DNA of 50,791 bases from Girardia tigrina (Eukaryota). The stretch is taken from contig MQRK01243438.1 in assembly GCA_001938485.1 (NCBI GenBank), positions 19,233 to 70,023 of the forward strand, in the 5' to 3' direction. Made by a program: the position numbers and the translations under genes. This document shows positions 1 to 12,900 of the stretch, in pieces (the stretch's first letter is position 1; every line of letters starts with the position of its first letter). Below the pieces are notes generated by a model. It worked only from the letters and a program-made list of their open reading frames with translations. It was not told the DNA's origin and searched no databases.

Positions 1-167
1 TGTGTTGACAACATGGGGGGATATTTTGATTAAAAATAAAATGTTATTATTTAAAAAAAATCGATTTACATTTTACTTTAATTTTGACCCGTTTCATATC
101 GAACAACCTAATATTATTGTATTTAATTATCGTTTAATTAATATATTCAACTTTTTTCAATTTTTCT

Positions 168-229
168 TAAATCCGGTACCGGCTCCAACTCCGGCCGGAT
201 TTCAAAAAAAGGAAACCGGTACATCCCTA
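168..229. mobile_element. Terminus of a probable hAT-type non-autonomous element
   Basis: Ends CCGGTACATCCCTA (reverse complement TAGGGATGTACCGG) with subterminal CCGG repeats; other end not seen in the window. Confidence 0.4.
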
Positions 230-387
230 TTTACTAGTTTAATATAAATTCGATATTTACATATAAAAATCGCCTTATCGAAACGAAAATAATAAAGACA
301 ACAATTAATAATATGAAAAATAAATAAAACAAAAGAATTTATTATTATTTCTTTTCTTGATTGAATATTTACACAAATATGAACACA

Positions 388-922
388 TCAGTCGGCATTA
401 TTCGAATAGTCCATTTCTCTCTTGATATTTGGTCCGCCGTTGTTACTGTGGTTGCCGTTGTTGTTCGTAGTACTGGTGCTACTCTCCTTGACATTATCCG
501 ACCGATTATTGTCGCCATTATCGTCTTTATAGCTCTTGTATTTGCCGGACTCTTCTTCGGGAGACTTGTGACGCCGTTGGTGTCGTTCTTTGCGGTTGTC
601 ATAGGAGCGCGAGCGGGACCGTGACTGTCGATGGCGCTTACTCGACCGATGTCGGCGGTGTTTTCTGTCACTGTCGCCCGACGAGTGTCGGTCGCGGCTG
701 TGCTTCCTGTGTCGCCGGCTACTGCTACTCTCCTCGGGGCTTCGGTTACGTTTTCTCGAGTGTTTCGATTCGTAACCCCGTTCTCGACTGCGAGAACGCG
801 ATCGACGCCGTCTTTCTGAGCTTCGTTCTCGCCGTTCTCGTGATCGGTATCGGCGAGATTCTTCATGGCGGCTCGAACGTTCTGCTTTGATGTAATTCTT
901 GCGATCGTAATCTTCATGGGAA
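388..922 (-). CDS. FIP1L1: FIP1 exon 7 (RE/RS-rich C-terminus)
   Basis: Frame HSHEDYDRK...[22 protein letters not shown]...NNAD*. This is a different frame from listed ORF 369-917. Confidence 0.9.
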
Positions 923-3900
923 CTTAAACAAGACGAAGAGGAATAAAGAGAGTAACAAAAAATGAAGTCGGTTACTGCATCGAATCGACACTGTTTGATC
1001 GCTCATAACTGCCAGTTGTTTGATTGGACCAATTATTGGCTGGATTTCCCATTCCTCCGCCACCCATTCCACTGTTATAACTATGGTTACCGGGCCCTCC
1101 AACCCCACGAACGCCTCCCGCACCGCCACCGCTGCCACTATCAATCGGGTTGAATTGGGTCATCTTGGCGTCAATTGGTGCGTTCGGTGGATTCGTGAGA
1201 ACTTGGACATTGGCAGTATTAGGGAGAATGCCCATCGCCATGGCGGCGGACATTATCGGATTAAGAATGTTGTTATTAAGGGCTTGATTGGCGAGACCTG
1301 TTCGTGTTTCGGGAAGATAAAGAGGAATTAAGAGAAAAACGAGCAAGAAAGAAATTTCACACCTGACATGTAATTATTGGGTTGATTGGGGCCAACGTTA
1401 ACATTGCCCGTTTGAACGGGAATGGTTGAGATTTTGTTTACCATGTTGAGATTAATGTCATTGTGTTTGTTTTTATATTCACTTTGTTGGCTGCTGATCA
1501 CATCAATCAAGCCGCCTTTGTTGGTTTTGTGATTGCTGCGGTTGAATCCTAAATGGATGTGACTACCGCTCAGAGGGTAACCGAAATTCTGGAGACCGCT
1601 GAGCTGAAAAAATGATTTTGGTGTTCAATCCATAAGTTCATGTGATAATGTTTGATAATAATTTATAGTATCGCTAAATTTTATTTTTATTTAAAATAAT
1701 AAACGTGATGATCAACGAATGTCTGACAGTAATTTTGTTAAAAAAGCTTTTACGTAAACTTGATATATGCATTTGTTATTCACCGAAGTACAAACGTTGG
1801 TTTCTTTTATGAGATTCATATATTTCTATGTAAACTTTTTGTGCGACTTTATTATAGTTTTGAAAATTAATTTTTAATACGAATTTCATTGTCATTTCCC
1901 AACTTTTACTTTTATAGTTACAGTACGTAGATCTAATTTGTTGTGACCTTTTAACCCTTTTACTGCTCTACAAGTATGGATACATAAATTTTATCTTAAA
2001 TGGAGAATCAAAATACGAATATGACATAGTGTAATGAAAACGTTATGGTTAATGTAAATGAAGGACAAAAGGAAGAGGAAAACCTTACAATTAATGATGT
2101 TCAGATCTTTGAATTGGATGACATTAAAGTTATATATATTCCAAATGAAGAATGTCTTAATGAAAATTCGACTGAGAATGTTGAACCTTTTGACGTGAAT
2201 GCAGAAAAGACGAAAGGTAAGGAGATTCCTTTGGATGTCGAAAGTTCTAAATCTGAAAATGCAGATAATTTCAGTGAAATGAAATATGAATTCAATAATT
2301 TGAATACGAGTAATATTGAGACAGATGAAGAAGAAGCTTCCTTTACAACATTGGGTGATTCCCAATCAAAAAGTTCATCACTTGAGGATGAAAATATTGA
2401 AATTAAAGATGCGATTACTGAAGAAAATTATTCACAAGAAGAGCATTTTACAACAAATTTCGCAATCAAAGTAGCAAGAGGTAAACTGTAACGTATACTT
2501 CCATCGTTTAATGATACCTTGCCACATTTATCAGTTGATCCAGGACAAAAAGTTTCAGAGTTATATTTAGATAATTTGCTATACAATCCTGGCAGTAGGT
2601 GCAGCAACAAGGTCCAAAGTAAGGATTTATCAAAAGATCATAACAAATGATACACTTGTATTTTTTACTAATGTTTGTTATTAAAAGGAAACGATTTCGA
2701 TCATCGGTTTTCATTGTTTACAAAATAATAAATAATAAACTCAAAAAATGCGTGTCTCAAACGCTCTGGACGTGTATTTTCGCATCATATTTTGAATAGG
2801 TTCCCCTCTCAACCCGACTTTTTAACTACATATTACGTATGTGTGTATGCAAACACGAGACCTGAAGATTTGATTTTTAAAATAATAGTTTTCTTCGGTT
2901 TTTCTATTATTTTATTTCTTACTTGAATAATCACGCAACCACTAAGTTATACGCGAACAGCGGACACGAAATCTCAAAAAGTATTGTGCAGTGAAAGGGT
3001 AAATGCATTTTCTTCGGAGGATATGTTCTGCATAGTGACTCAGGCGTATGAGTAAATTATATAAATATTGCTAAATCACATCAAAAATAAAAGAAAATTA
3101 CAAAAAATGATAAGAAAATATAAATATAGTTAAAAATAAGTTCGGTTATTTTCGATACACGGTGTCATCAAATTTTCCTAGTGGTAGTTTATTTCGATGG
3201 TTTTATTCATACATTTTTATTTTATATTTCACGTGGAGTTTCGAGCAAAAGTTGTTTTTTATTGCGTTGAATGCAAAATTAGTTGTGGTGTAACTGATTA
3301 TTGTGGCGTTAGAGGGAAGTTTTAATTTTCTGTAGCTGAAGAGCACTGTTTCAAGAATGGTGATTTCAGAGTTGAGAGCAAAGAGAAAATTGTATTACTC
3401 GATAAAGATACTAACCAAAACAAGAAGCTGGAAGAGTTATGGAACAAGCAGTTTCTGAACAATTGAAAAACATGACGATTCATAAGCAAGGCCATTGTGT
3501 GAATTTTGAGCTGGAACAGAGAGATATTACACGATGATTTTTCATTTGTGAGCAGGTGATTCAAAAGTAAAAAAGAAATTATTTTTAACATCGAAGTGTG
3601 ACTAAGGATCATAAATCAAAATCAACTCCCCAGTCAAATATTCATGGTTCGAAGGTAATATTGTATCTTCAATAATAATTCAAATCTTTTTGTAGCGAAA
3701 TATTTTCATCTAATAACTTGGCGAAAATTGTTAGAGGTAATATAGGGGTTTTCGATCTTTAATAAAAGTTAAAATCTTTAACCATTAATAAAACTGTTGT
3801 AATTAATAATTAAAATGTTGCTATCGTTAATATCCTTGTGAATTTGAATTAAAATGTGAAAACTCGGAACAATTGATTGTCAAAATATTCGAGATGTATG

Positions 3901-6900
3901 ACTTCAGTTACATCGTATCGTCAAACAATTCGAAGCTATAGGAAAATTCGAAAGTAAAAAAGGAAGAGATGAGATATTGAACATAAAGAAATAGTAATAG
4001 TACAAACACAGTGGATCGAATTTTAAGATCTTTTCATTATTCTTTAAAATGTTTGGTACTCAACCCAGAAAGAAGAAACCGTGAGACAACAAAAGAAAAA
4101 GAATCATTTATGCTTTTAGATTTCCAGAATTAGAATAGAACTTGGAATACAAATTTTATTTTCCTTGACGAAGTGGGGTTTACTCGTTCGAAAAAAAGGT
4201 AGGTCATTGATTTAAACCTCTTCGTATGTTTCTGTTCAAGCTGCAAGAAGCAGACACATAACAGAATATTCGATTTTGCTGTAACCGGATAAGATTTTAA
4301 GTTGATATCAAGGCAAAATGTATATAGGTTCAGAATAAAGAACGGGCGACGTACGACATCATCCTACATCAATTGAAAATTCTCATTCCGATTGCGAATC
4401 CAGCAAGAATTTTAGTTGACTTCGAGACGGCAGCGATGTCTGCATTTCAATCAGCATATCCAAATGCAGCCATCTCGGGATGCTATTTTCATCTGTGTCT
4501 GAGCGTTTTAAGAAAAGTGAATGAAATTGGAATGAAACAGGCTTATGAAAATGATAACATTGTCCGAGAAGCAGTCCGATGTATACCTGCGTTGGCTCTT
4601 GTCCCTGAAGATGACGTCATCGATGCTTTTGAGTTACTTTCAGGTGACATTGGTGAAGTACATGAGCAAATGCCAGAGCTTCTGTCCTATTTCGAGCACA
4701 CTTACATCCGTGGTCGAAGAAGGGCTGGACGAAACACTCAATACGGACCAAGCTTATTCTCTATCGAACGTTGGAATCAACATCAAGCTGCAGCTGACGG
4801 TATTGCCCGAACAACAAATTCCGTGGAAGGATGGCACTATGGCATCCAGTCCTTGTTCCAATGTCACCATCCTACTCTCTGGACCTTCTTGGATGGCATC
4901 TCAAAGTATATCCAGAAGCAAAAGACAAGTTTTCAACAGGGAATATCAGGAGTCGATCAACCACCAAGGAAGAAATATCGTGATTTAAAGGATCGTGTAG
5001 TTAACCTTTATTTAGCTGCAAATATTCTGCAGTTTTTGCGATCAGTAGCTCACCTGTCTCACCAGTAGTTGAAACATTATAACAATTAGGCTTATATTAT
5101 TTTTATATTTTCTATTCTTGGAATATAAAACCTGAGTAGAAATAGTATTGAATTTAAATAATTAAATAGTCTAGCATTATTTGTTAGTGAATCTTAATAT
5201 TATCTATGTTTTATTTTCTAATAACCAATACAAATGTTGTATTGTGATTATTATTTTTCTGTTTCGGGCAAATCAAACTCAAATATATTCTTTATAAAAC
5301 AGTAAACAATATAAACTATTTCATGCAATAAACAATTTTTTATTATCGTTTAAAAAAACAAAAAATTTCGTGAGTTTAAATGTCGTTGTGATTATATGTC
5401 GCCGTGTTTATCTGACGCGTGTTTAAATGTCATGTAACCACAATTCGCGATATGTTCTACAATGATTCAACGACAAATCTCGGATTGTTTATAAATATAC
5501 ATGTAATGGGTGTAACGCCACATACATTGGAGAGGCATCTCGTCATCTCTGCAAACGGATCAAAGAGCATAGTCGGTTGGATAATGGGAGCAATATTGCC
5601 GAACATAATTTAAAATGTAAAAAGAAAGTCCAATATATGATTTTAAGATTCTGTGTAATCGATTAAAAAATTTATTGTTCGAGCTTCACATTCAAATTTT
5701 AAGATTCTTTGTTTAAAAATAGAACGACACCGATGTGGAAATAAATTAGAGATAAATTTAAATTGAGTAATTGTTAATTGTCATAAAACGCAGAAAGCCC
5801 TAATAATCTAACTGTTTTCAGTGCTGAGTTCTCCTGCGAAAGTCGGAGCGTCTTCTGCTTCTCGCAATAGAGCAACCAGGTCTCTTCTGTGAACCCGTAA
5901 TTGAAATAATCGCTCACATCCGCGCCCGGTTTCTTCCAGGGCTTAAACTCATCGACTAATTTGCTCAGATCATAATCGATCGTCGGAACGCCGTTGATGT
6001 TGCCCGGGTGATCAAGATCAACCGCAGTCTTCGATAATTTGTAATTGTCTGGAAGGAATGGATTTTTGTCAATTTGAAATCTTTTTTCCGTAAATATTTT
6101 CGAAAATAGGGAAGAAAATGACAATAAAAGACACATTAATTTAGTACTAAAGTTACAAAAAAGCACCTTAAAAAATCAACAAAAAATGAATTAAAATTGA
6201 AAACAATCAATAAAAAAATAATAAATTTTTCAAATAGGTCAAATCGTTTTTGAAAATTTAAATAAAATTTATTAAAAATAAAATAATTTTTTCTTTTTAT
6301 TATTTAAATAGAAATTTATTATATATTTTTAATGAAAAAATGATAAATATTTTTAATGTTATTAATGTAAAAAATGATTTAAAAGTGACATCAGATGATA
6401 AAAAAATTAATAAATAATATTCTGCCAAAAAATTCCATTGGGAAATTCTTCAAAAATTAAATATTATTAAAACGAAACCTTAAAATTAATGGATAATTTA
6501 AAAAAAATTTTAATTAAAATAAAAATATTGCACTGAAATTTAAATTAAATTTTTGTTGATTTTTTCTGGAAATATCTATATGTATAAAAAAGCAAATTTT
6601 TAATTTTTATAAAATTAGAAAAATAATTTTAATTAAAAGTTATTTTTTCCGTAAATATTTTTTTTAAAAAAAAATAAAATAAAAAAGTATTTATTTAGTT
6701 TTTGACACAAATTAAATTACAAAAAAATTTAAAAAAATCAACAAAAAATAAACTAATCAATAAAAAAATATTTAATATTTCAAATATGTGAAATCGTTTT
6801 TTAAAAATTAAAAATAAAAAAAATCTTGTTATAAATAATAGAAATTTATTATATATTTGTATTATAAATGAATTAAAAATGAAAAAAAGGGATTATAAAT

Positions 6901-9900
6901 GAAAATATTTAAAAGTGACATCAAATGATAAAAAATAATATTCTGGCCATATTTTCGATTAGGAAATTCTTCAAAAATTTAAATTTTGCCGTTTTTAATG
7001 AATATTATAAAAACGAAATATTAAAGTTAAATATGAAATAAACCTTAAAATACTTCTAAAATTAAATAAATTATATATAATTTAAGTACGAAATTCTGGG
7101 ATTTTTTCAATAATAATAAGTATTAAGAAAGCAAATTTAAAATTTTTTAATGAAATTCTAAAAATAATTTTCGGTCAGAAGGAAAGTCGGAAAAATTATT
7201 AAAATATTTTTTTCAGGAAAGTGGTGTATTTGGTTATATTTGTCCACCGGTTTGAGAGTATAAATCAAGCAAAAACAATTTAATTATAACCACGTGTTAA
7301 TCATTCGTTTTTGTACATTATTTTTATTTGAGTTGTTTAAGTGCCTCTTTGTCCAGTTAAATTAGAAATTTGTTTCTCAGTTATTCTGTTTAAAAATTTT
7401 AAAAAATACTTTATTAACTATTGTAATTTACTTCTAAAAAAACATTCTTTTATTTTGAAATTCTAAAATTAATGACTGATTTTATTAAGTGCAAATTGTT
7501 AGTAATTTCAAAAATATTTTTAATATATTATCAAATATTAACTGAAAACAAAAAAATAGTTTAAAAATTACTTAAAATAATTAATTAAATATTTTTAAAT
7601 TATTTATTATTAAGGGATAAATAAAGAAAATTATTAAAAAATTATAACAGATTTAAAAAAAATAAATCACAAGAATTATTTAAAAATTATCAAATATTAA
7701 GTCACGGTTAAAATTAAATAAATATATTTTTTAATTAAATTTAAAATAATTAATTAAATATTTAAAAATTATTGAACATTAAGAAAAAATAAATAAAAAT
7801 TATTAGAAAAAAACAAAAATATTTTAAAAAAATAAACAGAATTTTTAAAAAATAAATAACAAGAATGATTTAAAACTTATTGAATATTAAAAAAAATAAA
7901 TANNNNNNNNNNNNNNNNNNNNNNNNNNNNNNNNNNNNNNNNNNNNNNNNNNATTAGAAAAAAACAAAAATATTTTAAAAAAATAAACAGAATTTTTAAA
8001 AAATAAATAACAAGAATGATTTAAAACTTATTGAATATTAAAAAAAATAAATAAAAATTATTAGAAAAAAAACAAAAATATTAAAAAAAAATAAATAACA
8101 AGAATGATTTAAAAATTATCAAATATTAACTCATTTGTAAAAGTGTATGAAAATATTTTCTATTAAATATAAAACAAACTAATACAATATTAACGGAAAA
8201 AATAGTAAAAAATCATTTTTTAAATTTGAAAAATAGTTTTTCAAAAAATTATCAAATATTATTTGATAAATATTTTTTAATTAAAATAAATAGTAATTAT
8301 TTTTTAAATTATTAAAAAAAATAGAAGAAATTAATTTTCGATCAAACGAAACACAAGGAGATATTTAACCAAATCCAATGACAACAATGTACAAAAACGA
8401 ATGTTCCTGGCGCGGTTTATGTTAATTCTGTCCATTAATTGACACTCTCAAAACAGTGGAGACCTTTTAAAATAACGCTAGTATTTGGTTATCGGTCTCC
8501 ATCTGTTTGAGAGTGCAAATCAATGAAAAAATAAACTATCACCAGGACAAGAGACTCCATAAAATAATAAACTTCTAGAAAAATTTAGAAAAATTAAAAA
8601 ATCCGCATAAATTTTAGATAAATGAAGTAACAACAAAGACGCACCAGTAATTAGTAAATATTTGAAACAAACTCCAATAATAAATGAACATAATCACAAT
8701 AGAAAATTAATAGAATTTTTGTAGTTTTTCTAAAATTAAGTTGAATTATCAAAATTTTATTAAGTTTAAAAAATAATCGCAATTGTTTTTTTAATTGAAA
8801 GACGCCATTTAAAAAAACAATTTTTATTAACGCAATATATTTCTACGGAATAACCGTCATCATCAGGCGATTCTGATTATATGTGACCGCAGCTGAGAAA
8901 AGGGACCAAAATTAGCTGCACAGAAAGCCCAGAAGTCACCTGTAACAGTGGATTGGTCAAAAATGGGGCAAAAGTAGTTCTCTATCTATTTCAATAGGTC
9001 AATCCATGCTCCTGAATACAGTATACATCATTTGTTGATATTTATAGGCCTTAACTACCAACTTCAAGTGACTGAGTGAAAAGGGACCACAAGTCGGCCA
9101 TTGTGTTTTCGCTAATAAATCATACCGATACTGAGGAAAATACATTTTGTAATTAGGTATTATAGTGGGCTTGATGTTTGATTTCAGTGAAAATATTTAA
9201 AGTCAGTGAATCATTATTCAGACTGCTGCTGCTGCTGTCTAAAACGCATAATGTTTCAATGTTGTTTAATAAACATGTTTCAATTCACGTTTTCTCAAAA
9301 ACGAGTTTTTCCGAATGTGACCATTGTAATACCTGTAGAAGAGTCAAATGATGGAATATCAGCATGATTGTTTGCACACTTGTTAACTATTATGAGACCT
9401 ACGCCGTGGTACTCTTTACTCAGTTTCCTACTTGTGGTCCATATTGTCAGCTTTGGTCACATATATGTTTAAATGATAAGTACGTAATCAATTATGTAAT
9501 TACCGTTTCATACAAGAACTTCCTAAGTTGATGAGTCACTTGATTGGACATTAATTGCTTTAATGAATTAGGCCTCACACGAGACTCTTTCCAATAATGT
9601 TTTAAATTGCTGCATAAAACTTTAAAATCATTTACTTCAACAGAAGAATTTATGTTCCTTAATAATTACTACTACCACTTGGATGCCCATGCTTACGAAC
9701 CCGTTTACAGAGATGACGGACTGTCTCTCCAGTGGTTGTGGCGTTGCACACATTACACGCAAATTTATACACACGATCCCAGCATAAACTCAAAGGAGTT
9801 TTCGATTTATTGCTGACCATATGCGATTTTGAATTCGAATTCAAAGTATTAACAGCTACAATCAGAATCGCCTGATGATGGCGGGTATTCGTCGAAATAT

Positions 9901-12900
9901 ATTTCATCAATAAAATATTTTATTTTAAAATGGCGTCTTTTAATTTTCCTAATTTCTGTTGTCTCTCTTCTCCGGGATCGATAACCAACACCCGCAAACA
10001 TCGCCAATATTCAGTCAATAAATAGTCGAACTTGGTGACTGCATATTGGAGATCGTCTTGTTACTGAGCATTTTCCGGGTCGTCAGTTTATATTTGATAC
10101 ACCCGTTTACAATTTATAAGGGCCCTTTTACATTAAATAAGGAATAATGAATCTATTTATAGATTCTATAATATTTTGTGATATTTTGTATTTTGGATAT
10201 ATGTTGAATTCTCAATAAAAAGTCAATAATAAGTAAGATTTTTTTAAATTAATTTTTTAATATTGATTTACATTTTATATACAACTTTTAATAATCAGTT
10301 TTTAACCTTCTAGCGGGCGCGCAGTCGTAAAATTTACGACAAATGCGCATTACAGCTTCCCCCTCTTATACCACTTAGTTATAAGCGGCGAGCTCCAACT
10401 TATTCGAAGGTCAGTGTCTCTCTAAACTACAGACGTATCGGGTGTGCTTAGAATTTTGTTATTCATTGATATTTGGGAATTTCCGTTGAGCGTAAATTTT
10501 ACAACACGCGCCTACCATATCATAAAACATGTAAGTACATTCAATAAACAACTTTTTTCTATTTATTTCTCGTTTATATAGTAGTTTTTTTACACTTTAA
10601 TGAATATTGCAGGCATAAATGCTCAAATTTTATACAAATTTGCATGCCCAGAAAAAGATCCAAAGCATAGAAGAATTTTTCTAAAAAAATTGGCATTGAC
10701 CATGATGAAAGAGCATCTTATCTTCAGGTCAAATGTCAAACATTTTCCGCAAGATATAACTGCTTTTCTCAAAGTTAATTACGGTCGGGAAGTTGAACCG
10801 ACAACAGAAGAAAGAATCCCTCCAAAACGCGGTGTCTGTCGGTCATGTGCACTGGAGAAAAAAAGATCCTCAGCATCAAGGAAGTGTTGCCGTTGNNNNN
10901 NNNNNNNNNNNNNNNNNNNNNNNNNNNNNNNNNNNNNNNNNNNNNACATGCAAGAACCATTCTGCATTTGAGGTGGTTTGTAATAATTGTAAGGATGAGA
11001 ATATTGATTCTGACTAAAACGTGGATAATTTTTGTTTTTTGTTGTTGATACAAGTGTTGTTTCGGTTTTTTTTTGTTTAGAAAGTCAAATATATTTTTTG
11101 TACATTACTGTTATTTATCATTTTGCGTAACCTTACAGCAATTCCCTTACATTTATATAAAGAAAACACCATTTACATGAAGAAAACTTGATGACGTAAA
11201 ATTTACGACAAGCGCCCGCTCCAGTGATGTTATTCAGCGCGTCCGCTGGAAGGTTAATAATATTTTTACAATAATCACAATTGTGAAGGTTTATCTTGGT
11301 ATTCCAGATTTTTTACGGGGCACATTTCAAAACGACAATTAATCAATTTTAAATAATTTTAAAAAAATGACAATAATAAATTATTTAAATATATTTTTAA
11401 CTTGTTTATTGTGATTTTTATCACAAATAACTAACATAAATTTATGAATAATAAATGATAAATGGTGAAACAATTTGTGTTCGGTCGAGGAGTCAAAGAT
11501 TAATCAAATAAATCATTTTTTAAATTAAGATTTAATCAAACAACTTGTATTAAAGAATTCAATATTCCCAAAACCCTTATAAAAATTAAATGCCCTAAAT
11601 GAATGTAAAAAAAATTTGTATGTATGACGTGTGTTTTTCATTGTGTTAGCGTGTCTGTCTGTATGTATATGTGTATGTTTTTATTTTTTCTGACCTTTCT
11701 ATATATTTGTGCCCTAATCCAATTTTAATGCCTTTTTCAAATGAAAAACAGGTTAATTTTGATTGGTTGTTTTTCATTTTTTTGCATGCTTTAGTTGTTT
11801 ATTTTTTTTTAATAGCGAAACTTTTTATAACGAGGATTTTTTGGATCTACATTTATAACTAATGATAGGATATTTTTATTTTATGATATCTGTTAATTAA
11901 TATAATAATAATTTATATAATAAATAATATTTTTTTTAGACATTTGTTAATTTAAATATATTTTTTTATTCATTTGCATTTGTCCATTAAATTATCTAAA
12001 TTATGCTTGATATTTAAAATTATAAGATTTATGAAATTTTTGAAATATTTTTTCAGTGTAGAACTTTTTTAATTGAAAACAAAAATTCAATTTCTAAAAA
12101 TATTTATTGATTTTTTAATTAAATTTAATGTATTTTTTTACTTTGGTAATTGTTAACAGAAATTTTTGAAAAATATGATTGATTTTTGTAATTTAAAATA
12201 AATTTATTAAAATATTTTGATTAAAAATTTTATTAAAAACTTAATTGAAAAATTTATGAAATTTGTATGTTTTTCATAAATTTTTCAATTAAGTTTTTAA
12301 TAAAATTTTTAATCAAAATAAATAAATTTATTTTAAATTACAAAAATCAATCATATTTTTCAAAAATTTCTTTTAACAATTACCAAAGTAAAAAAAAACA
12401 TTAAATTTAATTAAAAATTTTATATTGGTAAATGGACATTATATTATCAAATGGTCCTAATATAACGTGTGTATAGGTATGTATGAATGTGTTAAGGGGT
12501 AGAAAATATTATTTCATATATTTTCTATTCTCAAGTGGACATTTGAGTAAGTATGTTTTTTGGTTAAATATTTTGATTGGTTAAATTTTATTTTTCTATC
12601 AATTTTAGATATGGATTTACTATCAAATGGACTTCTTATATAATTAAATGGACCTCACTGTATATACACTTATTCAATTTAAATTTTCACTAATTATTTG
12701 TTAACAGGTGTAACATTAAAAATATTTCCAATCAAATTTGTTTCATTATTTTTTTAATTCTTTTATTTTAATTAATTATTTTCTCTATGGGAAATTGATT
12801 CTGCTTTTTTTGTAATAATTTAAAAATTACAAAACACCGAATTATCTGGAGTAATTTTTAAAATATTTTTTTTATTTTTCAGTTAATTTTTGATAATTTA

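Larger units (their letters stand above)
8790..9945 (-). mobile_element. 5'-truncated Penelope-like element with inverted terminal (pLTR) copy
   Basis: GIY-YIG relic [28 protein letters not shown] (in ORF 9659-9910); about 90-bp inverted repeat 8790-8878 / 9859-9945; interrupted by a TIR element. Confidence 0.8.

Noticed and set aside
361-1331. ORFs 369-917(-), 361-624, 621-890, 1020-1331 and similar
   Set aside because: Alternative-frame or antisense shadows of the GC-rich FIP1 exons 6-7; the spliced frame is the RS-rich one
2045-2491. Acidic 148-aa ORF as an independent gene
   Set aside because: Low complexity, no recognisable domain, inside a TIR element and antisense to the RING relic
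7780-8130. Tandem repeat around the N gap
   Set aside because: Identical sequence on both sides of a gap is most likely unmerged contig overlap
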